Origin: Candidatus Marinacidobacterales bacterium
GTDB lineage: Bacteria; Acidobacteriota; Vicinamibacteria; Marinacidobacterales; DATDRI01
NCBI GenBank assembly: GCA_965219415.1
Contig: CBDCNP010000002.1
Location: 4,032,001 to 4,096,000 of the forward strand
Reading direction: 5' to 3'
DNA: 64,000 bases
Shown here: one piece after another, positions 1 through 10,850 of the stretch
How the letters are laid out: every line of letters begins with the position of its first letter
Position numbering within the stretch: position 1 is the first letter of the stretch
Notes under the pieces: model-generated
What the model saw: only the letters and a program-made list of their open reading frames with translations
Told to the model about the DNA's origin: nothing
The model's database searches: none
Program-made: the position numbers and the translations under genes

Positions 1-2643
1 ATCGAGGAGCTCGCCGCGGCAAGGGGGACACCAGCTCGCCCAGAAGTTCAGCAACACTTTCCTTCCCTCGAGACTGGAAAGCCGGTGGGAGTTGCCGTCC
101 AGATCCCCCAACGTGAAATCAGGGGCAGGTAAAGGATCCAGAAGCCATGTTCCACGACGGGAGGGGGGTGCGGCTCTCTCGGCTTTCGGAACCGGTGTGG
201 CACGGGATGACTGGAAAGGCTCTCGTTTGAACTTCTCTTCCCCTTCGATCACGTATACCACGTGATTCGATGGGACGGACCGTAACGTTTGCACGAGCCC
301 GTTCGTCCACCGTATGACGACTTTCTCTAGCTTTCCCAAGCCTTCGAGGCCAAAGTGCAAAGACCGGCTACTTTGGGATAAGTAGCCGCTCGCCACGCGT
401 ACGGTCTTCTGTCGGACGCCGCCGCTCGCATGCACCTCGACGCGCGTGCCGATAGCATCACGGTTGCTCGAGCGACCCTCCAAGACGAACCTAACAGCGG
501 CCCGCCCGTTTGCCAGGTCGTTCCGCAGAAGCCGTAGCTGAGGCGCGTTTCGGTTTTTGAGTGCAACATCGATGTCACCATCCAGGTCATAGTCGAATGC
601 GACGAACGCTCGCCCGTCTTGGGGAAAGTCGAGCCCGCTGATACCTGAGGCGTCGATGAAGGTGCCATCACCGTTGTTCAAGTAGAAACGGTTCCGCTCG
701 TGTCCGCTCCAGCTTCCGTCGCCACGGATGAGTCGATCGATCGCGCTCCAGCTTCGCTCGTAAAGCTCCACCGCTTTCCTGTCAGGGGGTGAGCGCGACA
801 CGACCTGCCGCCAAAAGAAACTTCAAAGATCCTTCGTTGAGGCATTAGTAATGTAGCCGTTGACGGTATAGAGATCGTCATTCCCGTCGTTGTCGCAATC
901 GAAAAAATCGCTGCTCCAGGCCCATCGCCCGAACTCGACTCCTGCCTCCTCACCGACCTCTTCGAACCTTGCTCCCCCTAGGTTGCGAAAGAGACTGTTT
1001 CCCTTGGCGTGCCGCCGGTAGCTGGCCCGTGCCTCGCCGGCGTGGTAACCGCGCTGCGCGGTGAGGCGCAGACCGGCAGAGGACCACATGTTGCCTACAT
1101 AGAGATCGTCTTTGCCATCGAGATCGTAGTCCGTCCAGGCCACACTCATGCCGGCCCCGATGTCCTCCACCCCCGCCTCTCGGCTAATCTCGATGAAAGT
1201 GCCGCCAAGGTTCCGATACAGATTGTTACGGCCGAAATCGTTCGCCACATAAAGGTCTGGCCATCCGTCGTTGTCGAAATCGCCCCAAGACGAGGAAAGG
1301 CTGAAACGATCGTTGCCGGCCTCTAGACCCGAACCGGTGGTCACGTCTTCGAACGTTCCGTCACCCTCATTCCGGAAAAGGATATTTGGAGGTCCATTGG
1401 TGGCATCATGATACGGGTAAGGCAACGCCAGAGCGGTGTCCTCTCCGGGAGCGTCGACGTATCGGTAGCAGGTAACATAGAGGTCGAGGTCGCCGTCATT
1501 GTCATAGTCTGCCAGTGATGCCGAGCTGAGAGTCGCCTTGACTTCGTCTCTTCTCTCTAACGAAGCGCGAGACGGCTCGAATCTTCCTTGGCCGTCGTTC
1601 AAGAGAAGTACGACATTCCAGTTTTGGATGACGACAAGTAAGTCTTGATCGCCATCACTGTCGATGTCACCGAAGAGCCCCATCGAGGTTCGCTCCAGGA
1701 TGTCGATCCGCGAGGCCTGGCTGATGTCATCGAACGTCCCGTCACCCCGGTTGCGGTAGAGCCGGTTCGGGAGTCCCTGCGCCTGGGCCACGAAAAGATC
1801 CTCGAGTCCATCGTTATCCACATCCCCCACCGCAAGTCCACTGTGCCCGTAGAGATCAACCCCACTGGCGGCGTCCATTCCGGCGCGGAAGTAATCGATA
1901 CCCAGCCGCATCTGTCCCCAGTAGGAGGCTTCCTCGGCCCAGGCGATGCTGCTCACGTCGGTAAAGAAGGGCGCGGCCGAATGGCCGCCGGTGGCGGGTT
2001 CAGGCTTGAGGCGCTTCATTTTCCAGATGCCATCGGCAAGGACCCAGTCGAGTCGCCACCAACCTAAACGAGCAACGATCTCGTTCCGCGCCCCTCGCCC
2101 CACCAGGTCGTACAAGACACGAGTCCGTGCCTGGGCCGGAGCAGCACCTGAGGGAACTCCCACCTCGATGCTCACGATCTTGAACTTGAATGCAGAAAAG
2201 GAATTGAAATCTTGAACCCAAGACAAAAATTCCGAGGGCGCCAGGGCCGCTGCCACCGAAAGCTCATCCTCGTAGCGAAACCGGTAGAGTCGAACGCCGG
2301 GTGGTGCGCCCACCGGTTTGCTCGATACCGGCGTTAGAGACGCTCCCCGGAACTCCGCGTCGACCAGCGAGGCGATCGCTTCTGGGCGATGATCTTGTAA
2401 TGCCGCTTCGAGTAGGTGGAGTCTCTTGTCGAGTGCTTCTGTGACCGCCTCGGTCGCCCACCGGTCCTGTTCCGCATCCACCGCAACGAAGAGGGACTCG
2501 ACTGCAGAAGGCTTAGAGACGTAGCCCCGGAGTGGGAAGACCTGCTGGCCCTCTTCCGATTGTGGGGACCGTTCTGGAGCCAGCGCCGTACGTGGCAGGA
2601 GTAAGAGGGCCAGACATGCTAAACGAGGGAACGACTCGACCAT
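1..2643 (-). CDS. Exported FG-GAP/VCBS-repeat (CRTAC1-like) + ASPIC/UnbV + TlpA-type redoxin protein with in-frame UGA at 823-825 (probable selenocysteine); 3' end outside the window
   Basis: ORF 823..2643 has a signal peptide and DxDxDG FG-GAP repeats. Manual translation past the TGA stays open for 274 codons to the window edge: SFFWRQVV..ERNRFYLNNGDGTF..SNRDAIGTRV..SGYLSQSSRSLHFGL (ASPIC/UnbV)..APDFTL..LLNFWASWCPPC (redoxin). Confidence 0.85.
795..811 (-). promoter_or_regulatory. Putative bacterial SECIS hairpin
   Basis: GCGGCA-GGUCG-UGUCGC forms a 6-bp stem; the loop starts with GG 17 nt after the UGA. Confidence 0.6.
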
Positions 2644-2714
2644 GATGGAATCTCTTTGCTCCGACCCGAATAGTCGTCAACCAATCGACTCGGTCCGGAC
2701 CGAGTTGCGCTGCG

Positions 2715-4133
2715 TTATTCTTCGGTGGCGCTAGATCCGCCTAGGCGATCCCGGACCACGCGTCCGTCGCTGATGACCATTCTCATGCTCCGAATGTTCT
2801 GAATATCGCTGAGCGGGTTCTCGGCGACGATCAGGACATCCGCGAGCTTTCCTTTCTCGAGCGTGCCCAGCTTGTCGTCCAACCCCAGGATCTCCGCCGC
2901 GGTTTTTGTAGCGCAAGCGAGGACTCCTTCATCGGAGAAGCCGGCGTCCTTCAAGAACCCGAGCTCGGTGAAGTAGTCCGAGGGATACCGCTTCTCGTTC
3001 TCGAACGGGATATCGGTGGCGGCGCCAATCTTGATGCCGGCCTGCCTCGCCTTGCTAACCGCCTCCAAGCTCCGTTCGTGACTCACCTTGAAACGGCGAG
3101 ACCAGGTGTAGAAGAACCCGCCCGGAGGAATACCCGCGGTGGGATATCCGAGAACGGTTGGATTGTAGAAGGCGGTTATCGTGGGAACGAAACCGGTCCC
3201 GTTTTTCGCCATCGCTTGGATGGTGGTATCCGACATATCCAAAGGATGCTCGAGGCTGTCGAGCCCCGCTTCCGCGGCCCATACGATGTAGTCGCCGAAG
3301 GCGTCCGCCATCACAGGAATACCGTGCATGTGCGCCTCATCGATGGCTGCGGCGATTTCTTCTTTCGTGTACGGAGCGCCGATCTTGATCCAGTCGACGT
3401 GTCGGCGGATCTGCTCCCGGACGGCGAGTCGCCAATCCCACGGTCCGGTGGCCACGCGCACGTTGGGGCCTCCTCCGAGCTCGGAGGCACCACCCGCGCC
3501 CCGAGGTTTTCCGGAGGCCGTTCCGGTGAGCTCGTCGCCGTGCCCTGAGCGCGACGTAATGATCTTTCCGCTCCAGAACACTCGTGGACCATCCAGCATT
3601 TGCCGATCGACGGCTTCTTTGAGTTTGAACGCGACATCATTTCGTGTGCCGGCGTCGCGCACCGCGGTGATCCCGCCGTCTAATAGTTGGCCGAGCTTCA
3701 AGACCCCGCGAATGGTCGCCGCGGAGTCGGAGTCGGAGTACATGCCGAAGTCATCGCCGCGTTGCTGCGTGAAGTGGACGTGAAGATCGATGAGCCCCGG
3801 CACGATGTAGAGCCCGCTCGCATCCACGGTGCGGGCGGCGTTTGCCGGGACGCGGACGTTGCGCCCGACGTCCAAGATTCGGTCGCCTTGGATGACCAGC
3901 GTGGCGTTCGCGATGGGAGCCGCGCCGGTACCGTCGATAAGCGTGCCGCCCTTGACCACCAGGATGGGATCGTTGGATCGATCCCGCGGCGGGATCGGTA
4001 CTCGTCGGAGGTCATCGGTGGTGTCCAGCCCCTCGAGGCTCTGGGCACCATATTGTGCGGTGACGATTCCGACGCTGCCGAGCGTGACAGCGAGAATGGC
4101 CGCCAGGATTCGTGTCGATGAAGACCCTTTCAT
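2715..4133 (-). CDS. Exported metal-dependent amidohydrolase (imidazolonepropionase-like family)
   Basis: Signal peptide, PGLIDLHVH, SLEH, ATD, GTLEKGKLAD. Confidence 0.9.
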   Translation of the reverse strand: MKGSSSTRILAAILAVTLGSVGIVTAQYGAQSLEGLDTTDDLRRVPIPPRDRSNDPILVVKGGTLIDGTGAAPIANATLVIQGDRILDVGRNVRVPANAARTVDASGLYIVPGLIDLHVHFTQQRGDDFGMYSDSDSAATIRGVLKLGQLLDGGITAVRDAGTRNDVAFKLKEAVDRQMLDGPRVFWSGKIITSRSGHGDELTGTASGKPRGAGGASELGGGPNVRVATGPWDWRLAVREQIRRHVDWIKIGAPYTKEEIAAAIDEAHMHGIPVMADAFGDYIVWAAEAGLDSLEHPLDMSDTTIQAMAKNGTGFVPTITAFYNPTVLGYPTAGIPPGGFFYTWSRRFKVSHERSLEAVSKARQAGIKIGAATDIPFENEKRYPSDYFTELGFLKDAGFSDEGVLACATKTAAEILGLDDKLGTLEKGKLADVLIVAENPLSDIQNIRSMRMVISDGRVVRDRLGGSSATEE

Positions 4134-4315
4134 TTGGTCTGCTCCTTTCCCCGCATTCCGTGTCTGGGGGCGGCTATAGTGTCAAAGACAGATCTCGGTT
4201 GCAAGGTGCCTCCAAACCCAACTCTCACAGGGGGTTCGTCGTTTGACACCCCACGCCCGTTTCTGTATACAGTCGACCCGCCCACTCGGGAATCAATTTC
4301 AAAGGGGCTTATCCA

Positions 4316-5608
4316 ATGCAATCTTCTCTTAGGGTCTCAACCTTCGCGCTATCGGCCTTGGCGCTTGGCTTCGCACAGTGGAGCTGGGCACAGTCCGAAG
4401 AAACGATCGCCATCGTCGGTGGCAAGGTCATCGACGGTACTTCCGGGGCCTCTATCGCGAACGGCGTGGTGATCGTCGAGGGCAACACCATCCGTGCCGT
4501 CGGCTCTCGCTCCGACGTCTCGATTCCACCGGGGGCTCGCACTATCGATGCTAGTGGCAATAGCGTGCTTCCCGGGTTGACCGATCTTCACACTCACTCG
4601 GCCCACTACACGATCTCGGTGAACTGGGAGACCGACTCGATGGCGGCGCTCCGTGCTGCCGGAATCCTGCGGCAAGCACTCGACTCCGGGATCACCTTGG
4701 TGCGCGATGCCGGAGCTCGCAACTTGACGGCCATCGCCTTGAAGCGATCGATCGAGCAAGGCTACATCGAGGGTCCACGTTTCGTTATTTGCAACCAGAT
4801 CGTTAGCGCCACCGGCGGGCACGGCAGCGAAGGCGATCGGATGGAGAAGCCGAAGTGGGTCTTGGAGTCGGACTCGCCCTACGAGTGGAGAAAGAACATT
4901 CGCCAGAATTTCAAGATGGGCGCCGATTACGTCAAGGTGACCTTTCCGTTCACCGCGGAGGAGATCCAATTGGCCGCGGATGAGGCCCACAACTTCGGCG
5001 CTCTCATCGCGGTGGATGCCCTGGGTCCGCCGTACCCGGGCATGATGATGGTCGAGTGGGCGGTCCGTGCGGGTGCCGACACCATCGAGCATTTGCCGGG
5101 CATGAAGAACCAAGCCGAAGTGATCGCCTTGATGAAGGAGCAAGGGACGATTGTCGTACCGACGCTCCACGCGATGAGGCGGTTTGCGGGCGAGCGTTGG
5201 GACGCGCCGACCGAGAGGGAGGTTCGCAACCTGAGGCGACCCACGGACTACGAGGCTCGATTCCGCGCCATGCACGCCGCGGGCATCCCGATGGCGATCG
5301 GCACCGACACCGGAGGAAAGGATCAGGGAGAGATCGGTTTGTTCTACACCGAAGAGATCAAACGGTGGATGGGGTGGGGCTACTCCGCGGCGGAGATTAT
5401 CCAAGCCGCCACACGGATTGGAGCGGAAGCCGCGGGTTTGGATGATCACCTCGGAACACTCGAGGCGGGGAAGTGGGCGGACATTATTGTTGTCCCCGGC
5501 GACGCTCTCGAAGATCCCACCCGTTTGCCGCGACCCATACTAGTGATGAAAGACGGTGAAGTCGTTCGAGACCGAATGGAGACACGCGGCATGGGAGGAA
5601 CCCAATGA
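4316..5608 (+). CDS. Exported amidohydrolase family protein
   Basis: Signal peptide, PGLTDLHTH, TIEH, GTD, GTLEAGKWAD. Confidence 0.9.
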   Translation: MQSSLRVSTFALSALALGFAQWSWAQSEETIAIVGGKVIDGTSGASIANGVVIVEGNTIRAVGSRSDVSIPPGARTIDASGNSVLPGLTDLHTHSAHYTISVNWETDSMAALRAAGILRQALDSGITLVRDAGARNLTAIALKRSIEQGYIEGPRFVICNQIVSATGGHGSEGDRMEKPKWVLESDSPYEWRKNIRQNFKMGADYVKVTFPFTAEEIQLAADEAHNFGALIAVDALGPPYPGMMMVEWAVRAGADTIEHLPGMKNQAEVIALMKEQGTIVVPTLHAMRRFAGERWDAPTEREVRNLRRPTDYEARFRAMHAAGIPMAIGTDTGGKDQGEIGLFYTEEIKRWMGWGYSAAEIIQAATRIGAEAAGLDDHLGTLEAGKWADIIVVPGDALEDPTRLPRPILVMKDGEVVRDRMETRGMGGTQ

Positions 5609-7884
5609 ACGTACCGTCTTTGGTGGTAGGGGGGGTGGGCGCCGCTTTCGGCCTCGCCGTCCTGGCGTCGGTAGCCGCATCTCAAGAGCTCAAGGTCGAG
5701 CGCCTCGCCGCCTTGCCGAGCTTGATCGGAACCGCCCCGACGAAACCCGTTTGGTCTCCCGACAGCTCTCGTCTCGCGTTCCTCTGGAACGACGAAGCCA
5801 TGCCGTTTCGGGATGTCTGGGTCGTTGCCGCGGAAGGGGGTGAGCCGCGCCGGATTACCGACGTAGCGTCGCCGGCGCGCGGCGGGCCCGGTGCGGAACC
5901 GGGCTCACTCGCGGCCCTGGAACAGGAGTTCGCGGAACGTTCGCGCTCCGGTATTTCGGAAGTCGTGTGGACTCCGGATGGCCAGGCGCTGGTCGTCGCC
6001 TATGACGGGCATCTGTTCCGTGTGGGCGCCAATGGAGGCGAGGTCGAACGGCTCACCCGCAACTCCGGCGGACGTCACGCGATCGCCTTCTCGCCAGATG
6101 GCCGTTTTCTGTCGTTCTTACAAGGTGGCGATCTCTATCTGTGGCATCAAGAGACGGGAGAGTTGGTGCAGGCGACCGACGTCGGTGTGCCGCCACTCGG
6201 CCATCTTCCCGGCGCGTCTTTCTACCACCCCGACTCTGCCTTCATGGATTACCGGTGGTCGCCGGATAGCCGTCACATCGCCCTTCGCTACGAAGACCGC
6301 CGCAACGTGCGAAAAATGCCGTTCCCTGACTACCTGGGCGAGGAGACGCACGTCGAAACGCTGCGCCGGGACATCCCGGGCGAGAACGACTTGATGCGAA
6401 CGATGGTCGTTTTCTCCATTGCAAGTGGTCGTACGCGGACGGTCGAGCTTCCCGGTGCAACCGACCGACGTTTCAGTAGCTTCGGCTTTTCTCCCGACGG
6501 CTCTCACTTGCTGATCGATCAGTTCTCGGAGGACGGCGAGGATCGTTGGATTACCATCGCCGATGCCGCAGATGGCTCGGTACGGGTGCTGCGACACGAC
6601 CACAAGGCGAAGGGTGGGAACACCACGACCGCGTCTGCACTTTGGACCTCCGACTGGAGCTCGGACGGGCAGGCGGTGATCCTCGTTTCGGATGTCGACG
6701 GCTGGTTTCGCTTGTACTCGGGGCCCCTTGCCGGGGGACAAACCGAAAAGCTGACCAGCGGGGACTGGAGTGTGACTGGGGTCGCCTCCGAGGGGGCGAG
6801 TCTGACCGTCTCGCCGAAGACGAACGAGGTCTTCTTCATTGCCAGCAAGAAGAGTCCCTACGAGCGGCCGGTCTATCGCATGCCCGAAGGCGGCGGTACC
6901 GTAACTCAAGTTACGACGCTTCCCGGTTCCCATCTTCCTTTCGTATCCCCGGACGGGAAGTGGGTGGCCACGATTCGGTCGAGCGCGGTGAGCCCGCGCG
7001 AGCTTTATCTGGTGGGCTCGCAAGGGGGCACGGAGACGCGAGTGACGCACTCGCCCCCCGAGGAGTTCTCGAAGTACTCGTGGGTCGAGCCTCGCTACGT
7101 GACGTTCAAGAGCCGCACCGACGGCGCCACCCTCCACGGGCGGCTTCTCGAGCCGCCGAACCTCGATCGATCGAAGCGTCACGCCGCGGTCCTCGGGCCG
7201 GTGTACTCGAACACCGTTCGCGAGCAATGGGTCACTCCGTTCGATACGTTCCAACAGTACCAAGCGCTCTCGCGTGGCTACCTCGTTCTGCTCGTCGACA
7301 TTCGCGGCAGCGTCGGCTATGGCCGCGAGTTCCGGAGTCAGTTCGTCGAGAACGTGGGCGAGATCGACATCGAAGATCTGCATAGCGGCGTCGAGTACTT
7401 GGAGACGCTTACCTACGTGGATCCCGATCGCATCGGGCTCTGGGGATGGAGCTACGGGGGCCTTCTCGCCGCGATGTCGCTCTTCAAGAAACCGGGGGTC
7501 TACCAGGCGGGTGTGGCCGGTGCCCCAGCCACCAACGTTTGGCACGCCACGAGCGGAGAAGTGGATCTGTTCTTCCGTCCCAGCGCGCGGCCCGATCTTT
7601 ATCGCAAGGGCTCGGCCTTCCTGCACGCCGACGGCCTCCAGGATCCGCTGATGATCATCCACGGAATGCAGGACACCATCTGCTTGTTCAGGGACTCGAT
7701 CCACCTGGCCGAAAAACTCATGTTGTTGGGTAAGGACTTCGATTTCGTTCCTTTGCCGACGTCGGTTCACGGCGATGCACGGACTAAGGACTTTATCGGG
7801 ACCCACGTACTTAGGAAAATCGATCAGCACTTCGAGCGGCACTTGGGCTCTGGCCCGACGCGGTCAGGACAAGGCACTCAATAA
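5605..7884 (+). CDS. S9 family (DPP IV-like) peptidase
   Basis: WSPD propeller repeats, GWSYGG nucleophile, HGMQD; ATGA overlap with the upstream gene. Confidence 0.92.
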   Translation: MNVPSLVVGGVGAAFGLAVLASVAASQELKVERLAALPSLIGTAPTKPVWSPDSSRLAFLWNDEAMPFRDVWVVAAEGGEPRRITDVASPARGGPGAEPGSLAALEQEFAERSRSGISEVVWTPDGQALVVAYDGHLFRVGANGGEVERLTRNSGGRHAIAFSPDGRFLSFLQGGDLYLWHQETGELVQATDVGVPPLGHLPGASFYHPDSAFMDYRWSPDSRHIALRYEDRRNVRKMPFPDYLGEETHVETLRRDIPGENDLMRTMVVFSIASGRTRTVELPGATDRRFSSFGFSPDGSHLLIDQFSEDGEDRWITIADAADGSVRVLRHDHKAKGGNTTTASALWTSDWSSDGQAVILVSDVDGWFRLYSGPLAGGQTEKLTSGDWSVTGVASEGASLTVSPKTNEVFFIASKKSPYERPVYRMPEGGGTVTQVTTLPGSHLPFVSPDGKWVATIRSSAVSPRELYLVGSQGGTETRVTHSPPEEFSKYSWVEPRYVTFKSRTDGATLHGRLLEPPNLDRSKRHAAVLGPVYSNTVREQWVTPFDTFQQYQALSRGYLVLLVDIRGSVGYGREFRSQFVENVGEIDIEDLHSGVEYLETLTYVDPDRIGLWGWSYGGLLAAMSLFKKPGVYQAGVAGAPATNVWHATSGEVDLFFRPSARPDLYRKGSAFLHADGLQDPLMIIHGMQDTICLFRDSIHLAEKLMLLGKDFDFVPLPTSVHGDARTKDFIGTHVLRKIDQHFERHLGSGPTRSGQGTQ

Positions 7885-7895
7885 GGAGAATTCGC

Positions 7896-9245
7896 ATGTG
7901 GAGAAGAAACTTTTTGAAGCTTTTAGGGCTCGGCGGATCGGCGAGTGTACTTTCCGGGTTCAAGACACATTCGGCCGCTCCATCGGAGACATCGGTGGGA
8001 GCCGACGTGACAGTGGGCCCCCTCGACCTGGCGGAGATGGAGATCGTCGACGTTCATGTTCATCCCCCCAACCCCATCACCCTCGAACAGAACTACGACC
8101 AGTGGAACGGCTCGTTCGTCGACGCACTACTCCCGGCCTATGAATACGAGCACAAGGAAGAGCTCCGGCAAAAGCTCTCCGGGGTCTTCGAAGAACACCT
8201 CTACAACATGCCTCGCCAGACCGGCTACTACAACTACGTCTCTCGGGTGTACGGGGTGGAGCCCAATCTCGCAGGGTTCGATTCGGTGGTGAAGAAGGGA
8301 ATCGAAAGCGGCTTCACCGACTACGTCCGTTCGATCTTGGATCGCGAGAAGGTAAGCTCGATACTGCTTCAATCGCGGAGCTCGGAACCGAAGCGGCCGG
8401 AGACGTACGTGCCGGCGGGCCGCTTCGTATGGAGCTACTCCTTCAACGATCTCATCGACCCCGGCTTCGCCAAGAAGAACTCGGCGGAGGCCGTCGAAGA
8501 CGTCGTCAAGGCGGTGGACGAGGTTCTCGAATCTTGTGCCGCGGACGGTTGCGTCGGTCTAAAAACCTCGATGGCCTACTTTCGACCGTTAACCGTTGAG
8601 AAGGTCGAGCGGGATCAAGCCAACCTAGATCTGAAGACCGTCCTGACCAACGAGCCATCGGCGCTCACTCCCCGAGGGACCCCCCTCTACGACGATCCAG
8701 AGCTCACCCGTGCGCTTCACTCCTATCAGGACTATCTGCTCCGCCACATATTCGTCAAGGCGGGCGAGCTCGACATGCGCGTGATCATCCACACCGCGGT
8801 GGGGTTGCATCCAGCTCTCCGGTTCGATTGGAACAGTCCACTGGGACTCTACAAGTCCTTCCAGGATGACGAGGTCAAACGGGTCGAGACTCAGTTCGTT
8901 CTCATCCACACCGGGTATCCCTTGCACCACAACGTCGCCGCGTTCATTAGCCAGTTTCCGAACGTCCACTGCGACGTTTCGTTCTACGCCAAGTTCCCTG
9001 GAGCTCTCGAGGAAACGCTGCGGGCGTTCCTCGCCCTCGCGCCGTCCGAGCAGACCATGCACGGCAGCGACGCCAACAACATTCCAGAGGAGATCGGTTA
9101 CTGTGCCGACAACTTCCGTCGGGTGTTGGCTAAGGTCCTGAACGACTATCGCTCGCACTACGGTTGGACCGACAAAGACTGCGAAAAAATCGCCCGCAAC
9201 GTGATGAGTGAGAACGCGAAGCGGATTTACAAGATCAACACATAA
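7896..9245 (+). CDS. Tat-exported amidohydrolase_2 family protein
   Basis: MWRRNFLK twin-arginine signal, VDVHVH, IHTG, HGSD. Confidence 0.85.
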   Translation: MWRRNFLKLLGLGGSASVLSGFKTHSAAPSETSVGADVTVGPLDLAEMEIVDVHVHPPNPITLEQNYDQWNGSFVDALLPAYEYEHKEELRQKLSGVFEEHLYNMPRQTGYYNYVSRVYGVEPNLAGFDSVVKKGIESGFTDYVRSILDREKVSSILLQSRSSEPKRPETYVPAGRFVWSYSFNDLIDPGFAKKNSAEAVEDVVKAVDEVLESCAADGCVGLKTSMAYFRPLTVEKVERDQANLDLKTVLTNEPSALTPRGTPLYDDPELTRALHSYQDYLLRHIFVKAGELDMRVIIHTAVGLHPALRFDWNSPLGLYKSFQDDEVKRVETQFVLIHTGYPLHHNVAAFISQFPNVHCDVSFYAKFPGALEETLRAFLALAPSEQTMHGSDANNIPEEIGYCADNFRRVLAKVLNDYRSHYGWTDKDCEKIARNVMSENAKRIYKINT

Positions 9246-9263
9246 ACGTACGGAGGGAAGTCG

Positions 9264-10751
9264 ATGAAGAAGTTACTTTGTTTGGGAATCGGACTTCTGG
9301 TCCTAGTGCCGGCGCTGTGGGCGATTCAGGCCCCGGGGACTTGGGGACCCCAAGAGCCTCCGTTTCGACCGGAACGACCGATCGTCATTCAAGGCGGTAC
9401 CCTCATCGATGCCACCGGTGCCCCGCCCAAGCTCGATCACGCGGTCGTCATCGAAGGCGAGGACATTACTTGGGTGGGCCCGATGGAAGAGGTCACCATC
9501 CCCGATGGGGCCCAGGTCGTCGATGCCAGCGGCATGACCATCATGCCTGGGCTCATCAACTCCAATCAACACACCCAGCTCAACCCTCTCTACCACTCAC
9601 CGGGAGGGGACGTCCCCCTCGCGCACCTCAAGGCCCAGTGGGAGGAGAGCTGGTCGAGGATCCCGCGGCGGTCCTTCGTCTACCTCATGCAAGGTGTGAC
9701 CAGCATGCGGAATACCAGTGGCCCCGCTAGCCAATTGATTCCCTATAAGAACGCCATTGATAACGGAGAGATTCCCGGGCCTCGGATTTTCCTGGGAGGG
9801 GCGTTGCTATGGAGTCGGGCGCACTTCGAGGAGAGCTACGCGGATTCTCCACCCGACACCAAGGAGTGGATGAGGACCCAGTTCGCCTTCGTCGTCGTGG
9901 ACGATCCGGACAAAGATACCGATCGGCTTGTGGGGCCCGATTTCAACTACTGGAAGCTCATCATGTCGGGCTCGAGGTACGACGGGAAGAACGATTTCTC
10001 GGACGAGGACGTCCGTTTCATCATCGACAAGGCGCGCAAGAACGGGAAGTTCATGGACGTCCACTGCGGAGGCCACAACGACGGCCTTAGAAGAATGCTG
10101 GCCTTCGATTTCGACACGCTGGAGCATCCCTTCTATGGTGGTGAGCTCATCGACGAGGACATCATCGATGGCTACGTGAAGAAAGGGGTCGTCGTCGACA
10201 CGCTACTCGAGCAGATGATCGCCCGCGCGAATCGGGCCGCCGATCCGCACCGTTTCGACGAGACGGTCTACATCATGTCGGTGCAGCCGAAGGACTACCG
10301 TATTCTCATGCGCTACCGGGACAAGATGGTTTACAACAAGCGCCACCCCGACGAGCCGGAGATGGTCATTCACGGTGAGGGCCGGCTTGAGATGTCCTAC
10401 AAGGAACGGCAAGAGAGGCGGGAGACGTCTCGGGAGAACATGCGTCGCTTCATCCGGGCGGGGGCCAAGTTCTCCATGGGAACCGATACTCCGGCGTTCA
10501 TGAACCTGCAGCAAGAGGATCCGAACGCCAACGAGATGCGCTACATGGTGGAGATGGGGATGAGCCCGATGCAGGTCATCGAGGCCTCGACGAAAAACGG
10601 CGCCGAGATCTTGGGACTGTCGGATAAGCTCGGCACCATCGAAGCCGGGAAGTGGGCGGATGTCATCGTCGTGGCGGGAAATCCGCTCGACGGTATGAAG
10701 GCTATGAAACGTGTCGCCGTCGTGATTAAGGGCGGCGTTCGCTACAAATAG
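9264..10751 (+). CDS. Exported amidohydrolase with altered metal motif
   Basis: Signal peptide, PGLINSNQH, TLEH, GTD, GTIEAGKWAD. Confidence 0.88.
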   Translation: MKKLLCLGIGLLVLVPALWAIQAPGTWGPQEPPFRPERPIVIQGGTLIDATGAPPKLDHAVVIEGEDITWVGPMEEVTIPDGAQVVDASGMTIMPGLINSNQHTQLNPLYHSPGGDVPLAHLKAQWEESWSRIPRRSFVYLMQGVTSMRNTSGPASQLIPYKNAIDNGEIPGPRIFLGGALLWSRAHFEESYADSPPDTKEWMRTQFAFVVVDDPDKDTDRLVGPDFNYWKLIMSGSRYDGKNDFSDEDVRFIIDKARKNGKFMDVHCGGHNDGLRRMLAFDFDTLEHPFYGGELIDEDIIDGYVKKGVVVDTLLEQMIARANRAADPHRFDETVYIMSVQPKDYRILMRYRDKMVYNKRHPDEPEMVIHGEGRLEMSYKERQERRETSRENMRRFIRAGAKFSMGTDTPAFMNLQQEDPNANEMRYMVEMGMSPMQVIEASTKNGAEILGLSDKLGTIEAGKWADVIVVAGNPLDGMKAMKRVAVVIKGGVRYK

Positions 10752-10761
10752 CCAAGGGCAC

Positions 10762-10815
10762 CGCGTTGGAGCGGACGGCACCAGCGCTTAACCCTCGGCG
10801 CCGCCGCTCAACGCG
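10762..10815. repeat. Imperfect inverted repeat resembling the core of an attC site
   Basis: cgcgttgGagcggAcggc ... gccgccgctcaacgcg with two unpaired bases; no AAC/GTT R boxes. Confidence 0.45.
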
Positions 10816-10850
10816 ATGGACCAACGATTGCTAAACCTACGGAGGGTCTG

